64,000 nucleotides of DNA from the NCBI GenBank assembly GCA_031407755.1, contig JANOIS010000164.1, positions 6,138-70,137 of the forward strand, given 5' to 3'. This stretch comes from Chloroflexota bacterium. Its GTDB lineage: Bacteria > Chloroflexota > Limnocylindria > Limnocylindrales > CSP1-4. Made by a program: the position numbers and the translations under genes. Shown piece after piece: positions 61,058 through 64,000 of the stretch (positions are counted from its first letter, which is position 1; every line of letters begins with the position of its first letter). The notes below the pieces were generated by a model. It was given only the letters and a program-made list of their open reading frames with translations. It was not told where the DNA came from and searched no databases.

Positions 61058-62283
61058 GGCGGGTCCACCCCGGCCGGAACCGGATCATCGCTGCGCTCCC
61101 CTCGAAGGGCGGCGGCACTGGCCAGCTCCAGGCGTTCCCGGCGCCGCGCGACGACCGGCGTCGGCGGCTCACCGGCCCGCTCCGCGGCGAGCTGACCGCA
61201 GGCGGCTCCGACTTCCTGGCCACGATTGCGCCGGATCGTCGTCCCGATCCCGGCTGCACCGAGGATGGCCGCGAACGCCTCGATACGGGTCATGGGGCTC
61301 GCCTCCCAGGGCGTGTGGGCGACCTTGTTCATCGGGATGAGGTTGACGTGGGCGTGGTCGTCGCGCAGGAGGTCGGCCAGGGCCTGGGCATCGAGGTCCG
61401 TGTCGTTCACGCCGCCGATCATGGTGTATTCGTAGCTGATCCGGCGACCGGTCGTGGCGGCATGATCGCGCGCGGCGGCGACGACCTCGGCCACCGGCCA
61501 GCGCCGGTTGAGCGGCACCAGCACGTCGCGCAACGCGTCGCGGGCGGCGTGCAGCGAGACAGCCAGGGTGAACTGCGGACCGAGGGCCGTCAACCGGCGG
61601 ATCCCCGGCACGACGCCGGAGGTGGAGACCGTGATGTGACGGGCCCCGAGGCCAAACCGGCGCGGGTCGTTGAGGGCCTCCACCGCAGCCAGCACTCGAT
61701 CCAGATTCAGGAGGGGTTCGCCCATGCCCATGAACACGATGTTGGTCAGGTGCTGGCCGGCCAGCGCGAGTCGGCGCTGAGCGTGACGGGCCTGGTCGAT
61801 GATCTCGGCGACCTCGAGGTCGCGTCCGAAGCCCAGTTCACCGGTGGCGCAGAACGGACAGCCAACGGCACAGCCGGCCTGACTTGAGACGCACAGGGTA
61901 TGCCGTTCGCGCGAGCCACCCGTGGCCGGGTAGTGCATCAGCACCGATTCGATGAGCGCGCCGTCATCGAGTCGATGGAGCGCCTTCTCGGTCAGGCCGC
62001 CGTCGGCAAGGACCAGCTCCGTGTCCGCGACCGTGTCCAGCCAAAAGTCGCGTGCGAGCGCATCGCGCAGGGCCGCCGGGAGCGTCTGGATGACGGACGC
62101 GTCCGTCGCGCCGCCGTTCGTCCAGACCGCGTCGGAGATCTGGCGGGCGCGGTAACCCGGTTGGCCCTCGGACGCCACCCAAGTGGAGAGGTCATCGGGC
62201 GTCAGCCCGGATAGGCCCGGTCGCGCATCGATCGTCACGGGCGTAAGGCTAGCGCAGCGCCGATCATCGGCCGACGACGACAT
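61051..62283 (-). CDS. rlmN: 23S rRNA/tRNA (adenine-C2)-methyltransferase RlmN (radical SAM)
   Basis: The product has CVSSQAGCAVGCPFCATG, GMGEPLLN and a C-terminal catalytic Cys (GAACGQL). The start is uncertain because the ORF overlaps fmt by 20 nt. Confidence 0.9.
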   Translation of the reverse strand: MSSSADDRRCASLTPVTIDARPGLSGLTPDDLSTWVASEGQPGYRARQISDAVWTNGGATDASVIQTLPAALRDALARDFWLDTVADTELVLADGGLTEKALHRLDDGALIESVLMHYPATGGSRERHTLCVSSQAGCAVGCPFCATGELGFGRDLEVAEIIDQARHAQRRLALAGQHLTNIVFMGMGEPLLNLDRVLAAVEALNDPRRFGLGARHITVSTSGVVPGIRRLTALGPQFTLAVSLHAARDALRDVLVPLNRRWPVAEVVAAARDHAATTGRRISYEYTMIGGVNDTDLDAQALADLLRDDHAHVNLIPMNKVAHTPWEASPMTRIEAFAAILGAAGIGTTIRRNRGQEVGAACGQLAAERAGEPPTPVVARRRERLELASAAALRGERSDDPVPAGVDPPW

Positions 62284-63217
62284 GGCTGCCGACGGCCGCC
62301 GGTCGTCCCCGCCGGAACAGCTCGCCCGTCATCCGCCGGCCGCCGGCCGGCTGGACCTCATCGAGCACCAGCCGCCGATCGGCCGTCGTCAGGGCGATAC
62401 CGTCACCATGCGCCACGATCTGGCCGGGCGAGTCGCCCATCTCCGCATCGGCCGGGTGGGCCCGCCAGGCGAGGACCCGGCCGCCGTCCGTCTCGATAAA
62501 GGTGCCCGGCCATGGCTTAAAGGCCCGAATCATCCGATCGAGTTCGACGGCTGGCCGGCCCGGATCGAGTCGACCATCCTCGCGCCGGAGCGGGCGGGTC
62601 AGCGTCGCCCCGACATCGGGCTGCGGGTGTGCCTCGATCTCGCCCCGGATCCAGGGGTCCAGCGAATCGGCCAGCAAATCCACAGCCAGCGCCGACAGCC
62701 GGGCGTGCAGGCTCATGGCGGTGTCCGATCCATCGATGCGGATCCGGCGGTCAGCGATGAGCGGGCCCGTGTCGAGACCCGCATCCATGCGGAACAGGGT
62801 CACGCCGGTCGCCTCGTCGCCGGCGAGGATAGCGGCCGGAAGCGGCGTCGCGCCGCGATGCCTCGGCAACAGGGACGGGTGGAGGTTGAGGGCACCCAGG
62901 CGCAGGTCGAGGATGGGAGCCGGGACGATCTGGCCGTAGTCGGCCAGCACGGCGAGGTCCGGGTAAAGCGCGGCGATGGTGGCGAGCGCGTCCGCTGATC
63001 GGAGGCGCGCCGGGGTGAGGACCGGGATGCCTGCAGGTGTCGCTCGATGGATCGGCGTGGGGCTTGGCTGAGCACGGCGCCCGGCCAGGCGGGGCGGGGC
63101 CGTGATGACACCGACCAGGTCGATCGACGGGTGATCCGCCAGAAGCGCGAGCACGGGAAGGCCGAAACGGCCGCTCCCAAGGAAGATGGTGCGGGTGCGG
63201 ACGCCCTCGGCGGTCAC
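62264..63217 (-). CDS. fmt: Methionyl-tRNA formyltransferase
   Basis: The product has TIFLGSGRFGLPVL, LNLHPSLLPRHRGATP and a C-terminal domain. It overlaps def by 4 nt. Confidence 0.93.
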   Translation of the reverse strand: MTAEGVRTRTIFLGSGRFGLPVLALLADHPSIDLVGVITAPPRLAGRRAQPSPTPIHRATPAGIPVLTPARLRSADALATIAALYPDLAVLADYGQIVPAPILDLRLGALNLHPSLLPRHRGATPLPAAILAGDEATGVTLFRMDAGLDTGPLIADRRIRIDGSDTAMSLHARLSALAVDLLADSLDPWIRGEIEAHPQPDVGATLTRPLRREDGRLDPGRPAVELDRMIRAFKPWPGTFIETDGGRVLAWRAHPADAEMGDSPGQIVAHGDGIALTTADRRLVLDEVQPAGGRRMTGELFRRGRPAAVGSHVVVGR

Positions 63218-63729
63218 GCCAGGGCGCCGGTCGCCTCGCGGACCTCGGCGTCATCCTCGTTGGTGGCGTCGACCGGCAGGAGCTCGTCCATCGACTCGAG
63301 ATGATCGATATACAGCTTGCCCTCGAGATGGTCGAGTTCGTGCTGCAACGCCCGACCGAGGAGGCCTGACCCGGCGACCTTGATCTTCTTGCCGTGGCGA
63401 TCCTGGGCCACGACCCATACCCTCTCGCGGCGCGTGACATACGCAACGTAGCCGGGGATGGACAAGCAGCCCTCCAGGTCGCGGTCGTCGCCCGTGGAGC
63501 GGACGATCCGCGGGTTCACGAGTTCGTGTAGCGTGCTTTCGACTTCGATGACGCAGGCCTGGACGGCTTCACCGAGCTGGGGCGCGGCGAGCCCGACCCC
63601 GGGCGCATCGCGCATCGTGTGGGCCAGATCGTCCAGCAGCTCGTGGAGGTACTTGCCAAAGCTGTCGACCGGCTTGCCCTTCAGGCGCAGACGCGGGTCG
63701 CCGAGCAGGACGATAGGTCTGACGGACAT
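63214..63729 (-). CDS. def: Peptide deformylase
   Basis: The product has GVGLAAPQ, EGCLSIPG and QHELDHLEG metal-binding motifs. Confidence 0.95.
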   Translation of the reverse strand: MSVRPIVLLGDPRLRLKGKPVDSFGKYLHELLDDLAHTMRDAPGVGLAAPQLGEAVQACVIEVESTLHELVNPRIVRSTGDDRDLEGCLSIPGYVAYVTRRERVWVVAQDRHGKKIKVAGSGLLGRALQHELDHLEGKLYIDHLESMDELLPVDATNEDDAEVREATGALA

Positions 63730-63751
63730 GTCGGCGAGTATATCCGGCAGC

Positions 63752-63904
63752 CCGTGTCGGCCCCACCCACCATTTCGGCACAGCCATGCACGATCGCCCG
63801 GTCCGTGTCGCTCCCACCCACCATTTCGGCACAGCCATGCACGATCGCCCGGTCCGTGTCGCTCCCACCCACCATTTCAGCACAGCCATGCACGATCGCC
63901 TGCT
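63752..63904. repeat. 51-bp tandem repeat, three units
   Basis: Units start at 63752, 63803 and 63854 (CCGTGTCG[GC/CT]CCCACCCACCATTTC[G/A]GCACAGCCATGCACGATCGCC...). There are 2-6 differences between units. Confidence 0.9.
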
Positions 63905-63930
63905 CAGAACGCCGAATCGGGCCTACGGAG

Positions 63931-63983
63931 CGATGGATCGTGCAGGGCTGTGGCCAGCGTGTCGGTGGGGCCGACACTGCCGG
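63931..63983. repeat. Inverted, diverged copy of the 51-bp unit
   Basis: The reverse complement reads GTGTCGGCCCCACC...CCACAGCCCTGCACGATCC. It matches the blocks GTGTCGGCCCCACC and GCACAGCCATGCACGATCG of the direct units. Confidence 0.7.
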
Positions 63984-64000
63984 GCAGGTCCAGCGGCCGG

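Noticed and set aside
63752-63904. The tandem 51-bp repeats as a CRISPR array.
   Set aside because: The units are contiguous with no unique spacers between them, there are only three of them, and no cas genes are in the window.

Overview
This is a visibly GC-rich bacterial chromosomal window, densely packed with housekeeping genes, nearly all on the minus strand. No GC value was computed.

From high to low coordinates, the conserved clusters are:
- def-fmt-rlmN-rpe-dtd
- rpmB divergent from yloU-yloV-recG-rsmD-coaD-(coiled-coil gene)-yceD-rpmF-plsX-asp23-nusB-acpP-rnc-smc-ftsY
- an MFS gene on the plus strand
- ffh-(DUF3352-like)-rpsP-KH-rimM-trmD-rplS-rnhB-yraN
- rpsB-tsf-pyrH-frr-uppS-cdsA-dxr-rseP-ispG
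- DUF3048
- nusA-ylxR-infB-rbfA-nrnA-truB-ribF
- DUF3291 convergent with a plus-strand PduO-type adenosyltransferase
- rpsO-pnp
- a peptide-type ABC importer (binding protein plus two permeases)
- asd, family-4 UDG, rnj, ftsK, rodZ-like, cinA/pncC and a partial Mur ligase

I found no rRNA genes, tRNA genes, CRISPR arrays, transposases or phage genes. Many track ORFs are N-terminally over-extended, so I trimmed starts using homology, Shine-Dalgarno sites and stop/start overlaps.

The strongest novelty candidate is pnp. Its product is 860 aa instead of about 700 aa because an apparently catalytically intact DEDDh (DnaQ/RNase T-like) 3'-5' exonuclease domain sits inside the alpha-helical linker between the two RNase PH cores.

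The intergenic spacers carry at least three families of dispersed, palindrome-bounded elements of about 120-135 bp, plus tandem arrays that no gene explains.

Smaller oddities:
- an ACP whose phosphopantetheine-attachment Ser is Thr
- a probable ATC start codon
- a RibF with a truncated riboflavin kinase half
- an RNase HII lacking the GRG motif
- an Rpe with an extra C-terminal domain
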